Source of the DNA: Calditrichia bacterium
Lineage (GTDB): Bacteria; Calditrichota; Calditrichia; RBG-13-44-9
NCBI GenBank assembly: GCA_027039625.1
Contig: JALWDQ010000633.1
Span: 1 to 33,851, forward strand
Direction of reading: 5' to 3'
DNA: 33,851 bases
Under the pieces are notes generated by a model, which was not told the DNA's origin, did no database searches, and worked only from the letters and a program-made list of their open reading frames with translations. Shown piece by piece: positions 10,223 through 19,963 of this stretch (the first letter of the stretch is position 1; each line of letters starts with the position of its first letter). Position numbers and translations under genes: made by a program.

Positions 10223-10445
10223 GAGCGATTCAGAGAAAAGGTTTTTCTTTAGAAAAGGAATAAGGTTCTTGGAAATATTGTGATTTTTCCGGAAGTGGAC
10301 AGGTTTCAATTTTAGGTGGGATAATTCGGTTATTTTTCTTAATTTAACAGAAGAAATAAACAGGATTTGCCCGGGGAGGAATTCGTAGGGTTTTTAGCGT
10401 TCTAAATTACAAAAACAGAGCTTTTGAGAGAGGCGGATTGGCACG

Positions 10446-11468
10446 GTGAAGGAGAATCAAAAAGAGATTTCCGAAGCTTTTGCGAAGGTGAAAGAACCTA
10501 ATTCCCGGGAGGATTCGCTTACCATAGCCCGCCGGGTAGTGGAGCAGGAAATTCACGCCTTGCATCAACTGCAGCAAATGCTGGATGAAAATTTTAATCG
10601 GGCGGTGGAACTGATCCTCTCCCGAAAAGGCCGGGTGATTGTAACGGGATTGGGGAAATCCGGTGCCATTGGCCGTAAGATTGCCGCCACACTGGCTTCC
10701 ACGGGAACCGCTTCCTACTTCTTGCATGCTTCCGAGGGGGTTCATGGCGATCTGGGAATTGTTCACAAAGATGATGTGGTGATTTGCCTTTCGAAAAGTG
10801 GTAATACGGATGAGTTGAATTTTCTCATCCCGGTATTCCGAAAACTGGGTGTTCCCATCATTTCCATCACCTCCAATCCGGAATCGGTACTGGCACGCCA
10901 CAGCGATGTGGTGCTTAATCTGGGGGTTAAAGAGGAAGCCTGTCCTCACGATCTGGCACCTACTTCCAGTACAACCGCTATGGTGGTGCTGGGAGATGCC
11001 CTGGCGATTGCGCTTCTGGAAAAGCGCCATTTCACCCAGGAAGATTTTGCCTTTTTGCACCCGGCTGGCTCCCTGGGGAAGCGCCTGATTACCCGGGTGG
11101 ACGACTTAATGGAAACCGGCGAGCGTGTTCCTTATGTGTCCCGGGATGCGACCATGAAGGAAGCCGTGCTGGAAATGGCTTCCAAAAGGGGTATTTGTAT
11201 GATTGTTGACGACCAGATGCACATTCTGGGTGTCATTACCACCGGGGATTTAAACCGATTGGTGGAACGTACCGAGCAGTTCTTCAACATTCCGGTTACC
11301 CGGGTCATGAATCCCAATCCCAAGATTATCCGCAACAACACGCTGGCCTATACGGCTTACAAAAAGATGGAAGAATATCGCATCATTGCCATGCCGGTGA
11401 TTGATGAACAGGAACGGCTAATTGGGGTGATTCACCTCCATGATATCATGCGGGCAGGTATTTTTTAA
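10446..11468 (+). CDS. kdsD: arabinose-5-phosphate isomerase (KpsF/GutQ family; SIS plus two CBS domains)
   Basis: GRVIVTGLGKSG SIS motif, SKSGNT, and a C-terminal CBS pair. GTG start. Confidence 0.9.
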   Translation: MKENQKEISEAFAKVKEPNSREDSLTIARRVVEQEIHALHQLQQMLDENFNRAVELILSRKGRVIVTGLGKSGAIGRKIAATLASTGTASYFLHASEGVHGDLGIVHKDDVVICLSKSGNTDELNFLIPVFRKLGVPIISITSNPESVLARHSDVVLNLGVKEEACPHDLAPTSSTTAMVVLGDALAIALLEKRHFTQEDFAFLHPAGSLGKRLITRVDDLMETGERVPYVSRDATMKEAVLEMASKRGICMIVDDQMHILGVITTGDLNRLVERTEQFFNIPVTRVMNPNPKIIRNNTLAYTAYKKMEEYRIIAMPVIDEQERLIGVIHLHDIMRAGIF

Positions 11469-11553
11469 ACATCCGGTGCGTTGCTATTCCTCTCCGGAAC
11501 TTTTTCTGTGGAATCGATTTACAAAGTAGTCCGAAATTTAGAGTGGGTAGAAA

Positions 11554-12132
11554 ATGAAATTTATGAACCACCGGGGTATTATCCGGATTCTTCTTTTTAT
11601 TGTAGGAATTGGTTTACTGTCCATCGGGTGTAGTAAACTTGAGGAAGATCAGGTCGCTTCCGAAGGGACGAAAACGGTATTTCCTGATCAGGAGAGCTGG
11701 AAATCCACCATAACCATCACCCGGGAGGGGAAGCGGATTGCGGAGGTGTGGGCGGGATACATTGCTGTGTACAACAATTCCCGTAAAGCGATTTTAAAGG
11801 ATAGTATTCACGTGGACTTTTACGATCGGGAGGGACGGCACAATTCCACGTTAACAGCCGATAGTGGGGTGGTGTACCGGAATACCAATAATCTGGTGGC
11901 AATGGGGCACGTGGTGGTAATTTCGGATAGCGGTGTGGTATTGCAGACGGAACAATTGCGCTGGGACAACAAGCGGCAGAAGATTATCAGCGAAGTACCT
12001 GTGCGATTCACCACTCGCCAGGATACGTTAATTGGCGATGCCTTTATCTCCGATCCGGATTTGAAAAACTACGAGATCACCAACGCCCGGGGGTACTCCC
12101 GGAGGAAAGTCCCTTTGAAAAAACTTCCCTGA
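11554..12132 (+). CDS. lptC: LPS export system protein LptC-like
   Basis: N-terminal membrane anchor or lipobox (LLSIGCS). Size, beta-rich sequence and its position between kdsD and the lptA-like gene fit LptC. Confidence 0.65.
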   Translation: MKFMNHRGIIRILLFIVGIGLLSIGCSKLEEDQVASEGTKTVFPDQESWKSTITITREGKRIAEVWAGYIAVYNNSRKAILKDSIHVDFYDREGRHNSTLTADSGVVYRNTNNLVAMGHVVVISDSGVVLQTEQLRWDNKRQKIISEVPVRFTTRQDTLIGDAFISDPDLKNYEITNARGYSRRKVPLKKLP

Positions 12133-12371
12133 AGCTCCTCCCCATAATCCCTTTACGACAGTTTTCATACTTCAACCCAAAAGTCCGGTTTTCACTTTTC
12201 CGATACAATTCAGGAAAGAATAATCCAATTTTTTTTCTCCGGTGGATGGTTTAAATTCCTGTGCTGAATGCTCGATACCCGGGTTGAAAGCGCTGAACCG
12301 ATGTTGAACCGGGCCAGTTGCTTTGCGGAGGTGGGAATGGGGTAAAATCAAAGGAAATGGGCGGCGAAAGA

Positions 12372-13559
12372 ATGAAGTTAATTTCGCTAAAAAATCAAAT
12401 CGTTTTCACTCATCAACGGAAAAATTCTTTTCTGAAAAAATTCTCCTTTTTGCGGAATTGGTCTTTCTTGTTAGTGATAATCCTTTCTTTCTGGGAGTTG
12501 CCGGGCGGGGGGTGGGCGCAAAGTGCTGGTTCCACACAGCATAGGGGGAGATTGGAGTTAATCCACGCGGATGTATCCCGGGGACAGGAGGTGAATGGTC
12601 AGATATTGCGCATTTTACAGGGGCATGTCCACATTCGGCAAGATTCGCTGGAACTGTTTTGCCAGCGAGCGGTGTACCACGAGCAGAGCCGTCAGGTGGT
12701 GCTAACCGGGGATGTGCAACTCATCCGGGGTAGCGATTCGTTGTTTGCCCGGCGCGTCACTTATTTCGAAGAAAGCCGCATAGCCATTGCCGAAGAGGAC
12801 GTCCGGGTGCGGCGACCTCACCAGCAAATGGATTGCCAGTATCTGGAATATCATTACCAGAACGACCAAATTCTGGCACGGCGGCATCTGTTATTGCGTG
12901 ATCTTTCCAACCAGGTATTCATTTCCGGAGAGCAGGGGGAATATCTTCCGGAAAAGGAATTTGCTTACATCCACCGGCACTCCCATCTCTGGAAGGTGGA
13001 CAGCACCGGTCGCGATACGCTTCACATCTATGCCCGAAAGCTGATTTATCGTTTTGGTGAGGAGAAAGAGGCACTTGCCCGGGATTCGGTTTACATTCGT
13101 CAGGGAGAATTAACGGCAACCTGCGATTCCGCTTTTTATCTGGTAAAAGAACATCGGGTCAAATTGCTGGGTAATCCCCATGCGCTTTATCGGAACAATG
13201 AAATGTTCGGCAAGACCATGGCGCTGGTACTGGATAGCCTGGAGGTGCGCGAAGTACAGATTCGGGGAAATGCCCTGGCGGTGTCGGTAGCCGATTCCCT
13301 GCGGAAAAAGGAAAATCGGTTGTCGGGAAAACAACTCGTCATGTATATTGAGCAGCGTCAATTGCGGGAGATTTGCGCTTTTACCGAGGCGCGCAGTCAA
13401 TATTATCTGGAAGAAGAAGGTGAAGCGCGCGGGGTTAATGTGGCTACGGCTGATACTATCAGAGTGTATTTTACCAATCAGGCGCTGGATAGTATTGCGG
13501 TGATTGGCGGAGCAGAAGGAACCTATTATCCCGAAAATTATCAGGGAGATATTCGCTGA
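12372..13559 (+). CDS. OstA/LptA-like periplasmic protein, elongated (about 395 aa)
   Basis: Repeated OstA_N-like beta-jellyroll sequence (GDV.L.RG.., A..V.Y....). Located between lptC and lptB. The start is ambiguous (ATG at 12357 or 12372, TTG at 12318). Confidence 0.6.
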   Translation: MKLISLKNQIVFTHQRKNSFLKKFSFLRNWSFLLVIILSFWELPGGGWAQSAGSTQHRGRLELIHADVSRGQEVNGQILRILQGHVHIRQDSLELFCQRAVYHEQSRQVVLTGDVQLIRGSDSLFARRVTYFEESRIAIAEEDVRVRRPHQQMDCQYLEYHYQNDQILARRHLLLRDLSNQVFISGEQGEYLPEKEFAYIHRHSHLWKVDSTGRDTLHIYARKLIYRFGEEKEALARDSVYIRQGELTATCDSAFYLVKEHRVKLLGNPHALYRNNEMFGKTMALVLDSLEVREVQIRGNALAVSVADSLRKKENRLSGKQLVMYIEQRQLREICAFTEARSQYYLEEEGEARGVNVATADTIRVYFTNQALDSIAVIGGAEGTYYPENYQGDIR

Positions 13560-13561
13560 AG

Positions 13562-14326
13562 ATGGCAGATTCCATGGAGCTGAAACAGATTCATTCGTCT
13601 TTGTTGCACACTAAAGACCTGGTGAAAATTTACGGAAAGCGCCGGGTGGTGGATCGGGTGAGTTTACGGGTACGCCAGGGCGAAATTGTGGGATTGCTGG
13701 GACCCAACGGGGCGGGAAAAACCACTTCCTTCTACATGATTACGGGAATGATCCGTCCCAACTCGGGGCAAATTTTTCTGGACGATCGCGATATCACCCG
13801 TTTGCCCATGTACAAACGGGCTCGGCTGGGAATTTCCTATCTGCCGCAGGAACCTTCTATTTTCCGCAAACTCACTGTGGAAGAGAACCTTCTGGCCATT
13901 CTGGAAGTGCTGGGATATTCCCGTGCCGAACGCCGCCGTCGCGCCGACGAATTGATGGAGGAATTGGGGATTATTCACATCGCAAAAAATAAAGGATACA
14001 ACCTTTCGGGAGGGGAGCGTCGCCGCACGGAAATTGCTCGTACTCTGGTAACCAATCCCAAATTCATTTTGCTGGACGAACCCTTTGCCGGAGTCGATCC
14101 CATTGCGGTGCAGGATATCCAGAACATCGTAAAGAAGTTGAAGGATAAAAACATCGGGGTGCTTATTACCGATCACAATGTACACGAAACCCTGTCCATT
14201 ACCGATCATGCCTATTTGCTGTTCGAAGGAAAAGTGCTCAAGGAAGGGGATAGTGAGTATCTTGCCAACGATCCCGAAGCCCGCAAATTGTATCTGGGCG
14301 ATAAATTTCGACTCATCCGTGAATAA
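13562..14326 (+). CDS. lptB: LPS export ABC transporter ATP-binding protein
   Basis: Walker [10 protein letters not shown], signature LSGGERRR, Walker [13 protein letters not shown]. Typical LptB C-terminus (..[10 protein letters not shown]). Confidence 0.92.
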   Translation: MADSMELKQIHSSLLHTKDLVKIYGKRRVVDRVSLRVRQGEIVGLLGPNGAGKTTSFYMITGMIRPNSGQIFLDDRDITRLPMYKRARLGISYLPQEPSIFRKLTVEENLLAILEVLGYSRAERRRRADELMEELGIIHIAKNKGYNLSGGERRRTEIARTLVTNPKFILLDEPFAGVDPIAVQDIQNIVKKLKDKNIGVLITDHNVHETLSITDHAYLLFEGKVLKEGDSEYLANDPEARKLYLGDKFRLIRE

Positions 14327-14389
14327 GAATTCTTTTGTTGAAATATCCCCTTTTAACCGTTAACCATTGTACTATTAAAGGGTGCCAAG

Positions 14390-14902
14390 ATGAAAATCCT
14401 CAAATACTTTCTGGGTCTTTTATTGATGGTGTGGCTGGCATTCTTAACCTTTGGGTACATTTTACCCACGGCGGAATATCAAGCGGAGGTAAGGGTAGGT
14501 CGTCCCGTAGCAGATGTGTTTTCTTTTGTAAAAGAACCCCGGCATTGGCCGGAGTGGTTAGGTGGAGTGGTCAAAGTTCAGCCGTTACCCGAACGTGGAG
14601 TCCAGGCAGGTGATCAGTTTACCGTGGAAGTAGAAGATCGGGGAAACCGGATGACGCTGCGAGAGACCATTGTGGAGGTGCAACCCAATCGCCGATTTGT
14701 GTATCGGCTGGATGCGCCCAGAATTCAGGGGGAGGTGGAGATGTCTTTTTACCCGGAAGGGGATGCCACCCGGATTCTTATGAAGGGAAGCTTCCGGGGT
14801 AAGGGATTGGTATGGCGTTCGGTTGTCCCCTTCATGAAAAATCCACTGGAAAAACAAGCGAACAAGGACTTACAAAAGCTAAAAGAAATTCTTGAAAAAT
14901 AG
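14390..14902 (+). CDS. membrane-anchored SRPBCC (polyketide cyclase/START-like) family protein
   Basis: N-terminal transmembrane helix followed by an SRPBCC-like pattern (V...P..W.EW). 170 aa. Confidence 0.5.
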   Translation: MKILKYFLGLLLMVWLAFLTFGYILPTAEYQAEVRVGRPVADVFSFVKEPRHWPEWLGGVVKVQPLPERGVQAGDQFTVEVEDRGNRMTLRETIVEVQPNRRFVYRLDAPRIQGEVEMSFYPEGDATRILMKGSFRGKGLVWRSVVPFMKNPLEKQANKDLQKLKEILEK

Positions 14903-15192
14903 AAAGCTTAACCATAACGAAAAGTTCTCTTCTAACTGATAAATCAGGCTAAAAAGGATTTTTTTCTACAGAACGATAGAACCCTCAAAGATTTCTGTTG
15001 GGAAAGCTCCCCTAAACCTAAATTCTCCCCTTAAATATTCAAATCGGGAATCCACTTCATGTTCAACCGTTAAAGGAAATTTGTAGATCGTCGAATTATT
15101 AAAGTGAAAACGTTTTATTTGCAGGGAGCAGTCTTTGGAATTCAGACAATTAAAAATGAACCTGGCAACTTAAAATACAGGGGACTAAACCA

Positions 15193-16800
15193 ATGCATCA
15201 ATCTCATTTTCACAATATGATTTTATATTCTTATCTTGGAATTTCTGCCGTGTGGCTTGTTTTAATAATTGCTCACGCCCCCACGATTGTGATGATTATT
15301 GCAGCGATGGCTATGATTTTACCGGGAATCTATTTCAATCGGAATCTTAAAAATTATCTTTCTCGTCTTCACCAGCGAATAAGGGTATTGCGAGAGGGGA
15401 ATTTCGCTCTGGCCAGAAAAGGTGACACCGCAGGCAATGGACAATTAAATAAAATGGTAGATGATTTAACCACTTTCTACGAGAATGAAATGTTTCGAAT
15501 TATCGTGGAAGCCGAGAGAATCATTTCCATTTACAACGAAATGCAGGTAATTATTGACGATTTTTTACACAAGGCCGAAACGATGCAGCAAGTCTCTACC
15601 AGCGTGGCTTCTTCCACGGAGGAGATGAGTGTCAATACAGAAGCGGTATCGCAAACGATGGCGCAGGTGGCAGACAGTATGGAGAATGCTTCTTCCCGAA
15701 CCGGTGAGATGACCGAGACCATACAGGATATTTCCCGCAATGCTGACGAAACCCGGAAGATTGCTCGTAATGCGGTAGAGAGTGTCGGTGAAGCCACCAG
15801 TAAAATAATGGAGCTGGAAAACAAATCTTCGGAGATTAGCAAAATAATTGGTTTTATTGAGGATATCTCCGAGCAAACCAAGTTGCTGGCGTTTAATGCG
15901 ACGGTGGAAGCAGCTCGGGCGGGAGAGGCCGGTAAGGGATTTTCGGTAGTAGCAAACGAAGTTAAAGAACTGGCTAACCAAACAGCTCAGGCCACTGAAG
16001 ATATTAAGCGGAGTATTATCGAAGTTCAGCAGTTTTCCAACATTGCATCGAAAGAAATTTTGAAAATCAATGACATTATTCATCAGGTAGAGGAAAAGAT
16101 TTCTTCTATCGCGTTAGCTGTGGAACGCCAGGATATGACGACACGAGAAATTTCCCAGAGTATTGCCAACATCAATTCAGGGTTTAGTGAAGTGAAACAA
16201 AGCATTTTCGAGGTGGCAAATGCTGCTCGATTGATTGCCAGTGATATGGAAAAAATCAGTTTCGGTTCCAAACAGATGCTGGACGATAGTTTAAATATTG
16301 AGTCCGAAATTAAGGGGCTGGTAGATGTAGGGAAAAAGCTGGAAAGTTTTGCGAATAATTTCCATTTTTCAGAACGCTTCAAAAAGCAAATTGATGAAAT
16401 GGTACAGGTAGCCAAATTGCTTCAGGCCAGGGAGAAAGATCATTTAATATGGGTAAAGAAAGTGCAGAATGCCATTGTCGAAGGGGCGCAAACCATAGAT
16501 GTGCAAAAAGACCCCGCAATGTGCGCTTTTGGAAGATTCCTGAATAGCCCTGAGCGTAGAACATTGGAGAAAATCAATCCTGCTCTGCAGGAAATTTTTG
16601 CCCGGATGGAGGCGCCCCATAAGCGTTTGCATCATTCCGTCCATGAACTGGAACATATGTTGCAAAATCCCCACATTTCTTCCGCCGAAATCGAAAACTA
16701 TTACCAGACAGTCACTTTACAAATTCTTCGCGAACTTCTGAAGCTTTTCCATCAGGCGATTAACGAAAATTTCAAAGCCTCCCATCTGGTGCTAAATTGA
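15193..16800 (+). CDS. methyl-accepting chemotaxis protein with C-terminal CZB (chemoreceptor zinc-binding) domain
   Basis: Two N-terminal transmembrane helices without a periplasmic domain. MA signalling domain (EQTKLLAFNATVEAARAGEAGKGFSVVANEVKELA). CZB motif DHLIWV..x..CAFGRFL..x..HKRLHHSVH. Confidence 0.85.
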   Translation: MHQSHFHNMILYSYLGISAVWLVLIIAHAPTIVMIIAAMAMILPGIYFNRNLKNYLSRLHQRIRVLREGNFALARKGDTAGNGQLNKMVDDLTTFYENEMFRIIVEAERIISIYNEMQVIIDDFLHKAETMQQVSTSVASSTEEMSVNTEAVSQTMAQVADSMENASSRTGEMTETIQDISRNADETRKIARNAVESVGEATSKIMELENKSSEISKIIGFIEDISEQTKLLAFNATVEAARAGEAGKGFSVVANEVKELANQTAQATEDIKRSIIEVQQFSNIASKEILKINDIIHQVEEKISSIALAVERQDMTTREISQSIANINSGFSEVKQSIFEVANAARLIASDMEKISFGSKQMLDDSLNIESEIKGLVDVGKKLESFANNFHFSERFKKQIDEMVQVAKLLQAREKDHLIWVKKVQNAIVEGAQTIDVQKDPAMCAFGRFLNSPERRTLEKINPALQEIFARMEAPHKRLHHSVHELEHMLQNPHISSAEIENYYQTVTLQILRELLKLFHQAINENFKASHLVLN

Positions 16801-16873
16801 CATTGGGTGGGTAAAAAGTCCACTTGCAGAACACGATATCTCGGTAGGATTACTATTGTTTACTGGAAAAAGG

Positions 16874-16912
16874 AGCCTCTTCCGTTTCCAGGTATAGGAA
16901 ACAGAAGAGGCT
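16874..16912. terminator. bidirectional Rho-independent terminator between the convergent MCP and pfp genes
   Basis: A 16-bp stem pairs agcctcttccgtttcc (16874-16889) with ggaaacagaagaggct (16897-16912), with one G-U or mismatch position. T-rich runs flank it on both strands. Confidence 0.65.
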
Positions 16913-16916
16913 AATT

Positions 16917-18266
16917 TTATTTCGTCTCGTTTTCGTTGGACTCGGAGGGTGCAGCTTTTTTAGTGCTCTTTTTCTGGTACCGGGCGGGATTCAGATCCGG
17001 CATTTTCCAGATATCATTTTCTACAACGTGGTAGAAGCGTTCTTTGAATTCCTGCAAACTAATTCCGGCAGTAGCGGCATATTTAGCCAGCTCGTGGGGA
17101 TCCTCAAAATCCTCCTTGGTGAGGCGAAGCATGTACCGGCGGGCAATCTGGTAGTACTCCGAGTGGATATCCACCATCCGAACTTTGGTTCGCTTGGTTT
17201 TAGGATCAATGATTTCCTTGAAGAACATGGGAACAAAATGCCCTTCCTGAATAGAAACCATAGCCGCGTTCCCTCCCTGGAGTAAGAACTGAGCGGCACA
17301 ATATCCCAGATCCCGGGTGTATTCCATGTCGTAAGGAATGGGGTCAGCGCAGCGCAGCTCGTAGCCAATATTTTTAGCCACGATGGTGGTTTTAATACCA
17401 AACTTCTTCAATTCATCCTGAACATGGAATTTTAAGATTTCTCCAAAATTAACCTCTGCCAAACGGATGTTGTCGTGTTCATCCCGTTCGATGTTAAGAA
17501 GCACTTTGAGATCTTGCGGATCCAGTCGCTCCACCAGCCCTTCGGCTAGAATCGCTACCCCATCGGGACGCCCATAGCTTAACCGCTTGATGATGGCACC
17601 TACCAGAATATCAACAATCTTTTTCAATCGAATCTTTTGTTCGGGAAATTCTTCCGGAATCACGGTCAGGGTTGCACCCGCCGCTTTTCCAATTCCCAGA
17701 GCCAGATGCCCTGCTTTTCTCCCCATGGATACCACAAAATACCAGCGCGAGGTGGTCTGGGCATCCACCATTAAACTTTTTACAATCTCCACACCCAGAT
17801 GCCGTGCGGTCTGAAATCCAAATGTACAGATGCCGTAAGGCAAATCCAGGTCGTTATCGATGGTCTTGGGAACGTGCACCACCCGGATGCGGCCAGCAGC
17901 TTCCTCTTCCACTCGCATGGCACTGTAGGCAGTATCATCTCCACCGATAGTAATGAGCTTATCCACGTTCAGGCGAAGCAGAGAAGTAACCACATTTTCC
18001 AGATGTTTTTTATTTTTTGTGGGGTTTTCTCGGGAAATGCCAATGTATGAACCACCCCGGAAGTGAATCCGGCTTACCTGTTCGATGGTGAGATGTTTTA
18101 TGTGAGAAATATCGCCTCGCATAATCCATTTGAAGCCGTCCTTAATGCCAATCACTTCCACTCCTTCCAGAATACTTCGGATGGTAGCAGCACTGATGAC
18201 GCTGTTAATTCCAGGTGCCGGACCCCCGCCTACCAGAATAGCCAGATTTTTCGGTGCAATCGTCAT
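16917..18266 (-). CDS. pfp: pyrophosphate-dependent (or ATP-dependent) 6-phosphofructokinase, long PFK-A family form
   Basis: ILVGGGPAPGINSVI, IGGDDT, PKTIDNDL and MGRKAGHLAL motifs. Strong SD (aaggagg) upstream of the ATG. Confidence 0.88.
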   Translation of the reverse strand: MTIAPKNLAILVGGGPAPGINSVISAATIRSILEGVEVIGIKDGFKWIMRGDISHIKHLTIEQVSRIHFRGGSYIGISRENPTKNKKHLENVVTSLLRLNVDKLITIGGDDTAYSAMRVEEEAAGRIRVVHVPKTIDNDLDLPYGICTFGFQTARHLGVEIVKSLMVDAQTTSRWYFVVSMGRKAGHLALGIGKAAGATLTVIPEEFPEQKIRLKKIVDILVGAIIKRLSYGRPDGVAILAEGLVERLDPQDLKVLLNIERDEHDNIRLAEVNFGEILKFHVQDELKKFGIKTTIVAKNIGYELRCADPIPYDMEYTRDLGYCAAQFLLQGGNAAMVSIQEGHFVPMFFKEIIDPKTKRTKVRMVDIHSEYYQIARRYMLRLTKEDFEDPHELAKYAATAGISLQEFKERFYHVVENDIWKMPDLNPARYQKKSTKKAAPSESNENETK

Positions 18267-18773
18267 CGTGTACCTCCTTTCGTTAAAAACTCGCTAAATC
18301 TACCATCATTTCCTGCGAAATTCAAGGTGAAAACGTTTACCGGGTTGGGAAAAAGAGATAAAATAAGAGTGTATGGATATGGAAATGTGTAACTATAATA
18401 GAGAGTCTAAGGCTATCATGTTAGTTTTGTGTGAAATGTAACTTTTAATCCGTAACTTTACATTTCGGTGGTAGTGAATTAACGTTTGGAGGAAGATAAA
18501 AAAATTAAATAATAATTGATTTAGTTTAATATGCAATTATGTAAAATGAATGCACTTGATTTATATTAATTTTAAGATTATTATTTTAGAAAAGGTAACA
18601 AGAATTTATTTTAAATTGAAATTTAAAAAAGGTCTTGAATAATATAAATAAAATTAAAAACACTAAATAATTAACCTTTCCTTTCTAATAAAATATTTGA
18701 TTTGTTAATTTTAGCTTTAAACTTTTAAAAGGCAAATAATGGGAATTATCAAAACAAATAGAGAAAACTGCTC

Positions 18774-19520
18774 ATGAAAGAGAGAAAATATCGTAGACCA
18801 CCTATTGTGGAAGTAGTGTGTGAATTCCGATTTAAACATTCTTCCCCATGGGATGCTACAATTCCTGGACTTATCTATCATGAAGTAAAGAAAAAATTTA
18901 CCAGACGTCGTACTTTACGCAATGTGGGTATGCATGTTCAGGTTGAACATAAAGGTGTATTATTTCAGCCCCGGATGGAAGAAGGGACTCAATTTTTACA
19001 GGATGACGAACGGGCTTTTTTACAGTTACAACCGCGCCGTATTTCTGTTCATCATCTGGCACCCTATCCGCACTGGGAAGGATTTAAACCGTTGATCCAG
19101 TTAGCATATAAAGCATACTTAAAAGTTGTCCCTGATGCCACTATACAGCGGATTGGACTTCGTTATATTAATAAAATTAATTTCGATACACCAGAAGTTG
19201 ATTTATCAGCTTTTTTTAATTTTTATCCCTACGTGGGTAGAAAACTACCACAACGTTATACAGGATTTAATCTTCAATTGTTATTTCCCCATGAAGAAGG
19301 AAGAGACGCTCTTCAGATGCGTTTGAGCAACGCACCCCCAGAAAAAGAAAATGCAGCTTCCATTCTGTTAGACATTGATTATTTTCTAATAGATTCAAAG
19401 AATCTTTCTTCAGAAAGGGGATTGGAATGGGTGGAGAAAGCGCATGAAAACATATTGGCGGCATTCGAAGGGGCTATAACCGATAAATTACGACATCAAT
19501 TTGAGGAGGAGAAAGTATGA
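18774..19520 (+). CDS. TIGR04255-like uncharacterised protein
   Basis: The N-terminal signature YRRPPIVEVVCEFRF and the roughly 250-aa length match my recollection of the sporadically distributed TIGR04255 family. Low G+C. Confidence 0.55.
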   Translation: MKERKYRRPPIVEVVCEFRFKHSSPWDATIPGLIYHEVKKKFTRRRTLRNVGMHVQVEHKGVLFQPRMEEGTQFLQDDERAFLQLQPRRISVHHLAPYPHWEGFKPLIQLAYKAYLKVVPDATIQRIGLRYINKINFDTPEVDLSAFFNFYPYVGRKLPQRYTGFNLQLLFPHEEGRDALQMRLSNAPPEKENAASILLDIDYFLIDSKNLSSERGLEWVEKAHENILAAFEGAITDKLRHQFEEEKV

Positions 19521-19963
19521 CATTTGCCATACCTTCATCATTGGGTATTAAAAATATAGATCTAACATCTGGTTCTGGTAATCCACTCTGGGTTGATGAA
19601 GAAATAAATCAGTGGCAAAATAAAACAACTTCACAATTTGAACGTATTAGCATTTTGCCACAATTTTACAAAATTAATCAGCCAGGGGAAGTCTTTAGAT
19701 TTCTATATGACCATCCTGGTTTAATTGAAGTTGTGTTGGAAGCAGTGGAGATTTTACGAAATGTATTCGGACCGGATGCATCTCTGGAACTGGAATTGGT
19801 AACGGATCCAGAAGCGGATGAATCCGAGTTATTTGCCCTGGTAGAAGTCGATATGACTCCTGAAGTAGCCTTGCAAAAACTGGAGGAATTCGATCAAAAT
19901 TGGCTTCTGGATCGAGAAGAAATTACTAAGGGACTTTTTAATGTAGATGTGACGTTTCGATGA
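19517..19963 (+). CDS. hypothetical small protein with acidic C-terminal half (possible antitoxin or adaptor)
   Basis: ATGA overlap with the upstream stop codon. The acidic C-terminal half (LELELVTDPEADESELFALVEVDMTPEVALQKLEEFDQNW) looks like a small antitoxin-like protein. Confidence 0.5.
   Translation: MTFAIPSSLGIKNIDLTSGSGNPLWVDEEINQWQNKTTSQFERISILPQFYKINQPGEVFRFLYDHPGLIEVVLEAVEILRNVFGPDASLELELVTDPEADESELFALVEVDMTPEVALQKLEEFDQNWLLDREEITKGLFNVDVTFR

Noticed and set aside
10223-10445. Possible terminator or regulatory hairpin between kdsC and kdsD (agaaaaggtttttct)
   Set aside because: The stem is only A/T-rich and 6 bp long, which is too weak to call.
10407-11060. 217-aa antisense ORF opposite kdsD. 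Similar cases are 13664..14209(-) opposite lptB, 15565..16083(-) opposite the MCP, 25707..26429(-) opposite DmpA and 1206..1760(-) opposite the lipoprotein
   Set aside because: These are shadow ORFs on the strand opposite well-supported genes. Their compositions are Gly/Arg/His-rich nonsense.
15163-15180. Sigma-54-like TGGCAA element upstream of the MCP gene
   Set aside because: The -12 TTGC element is missing at the required spacing (the sequence there is aaat). There is no support for an RpoN promoter.
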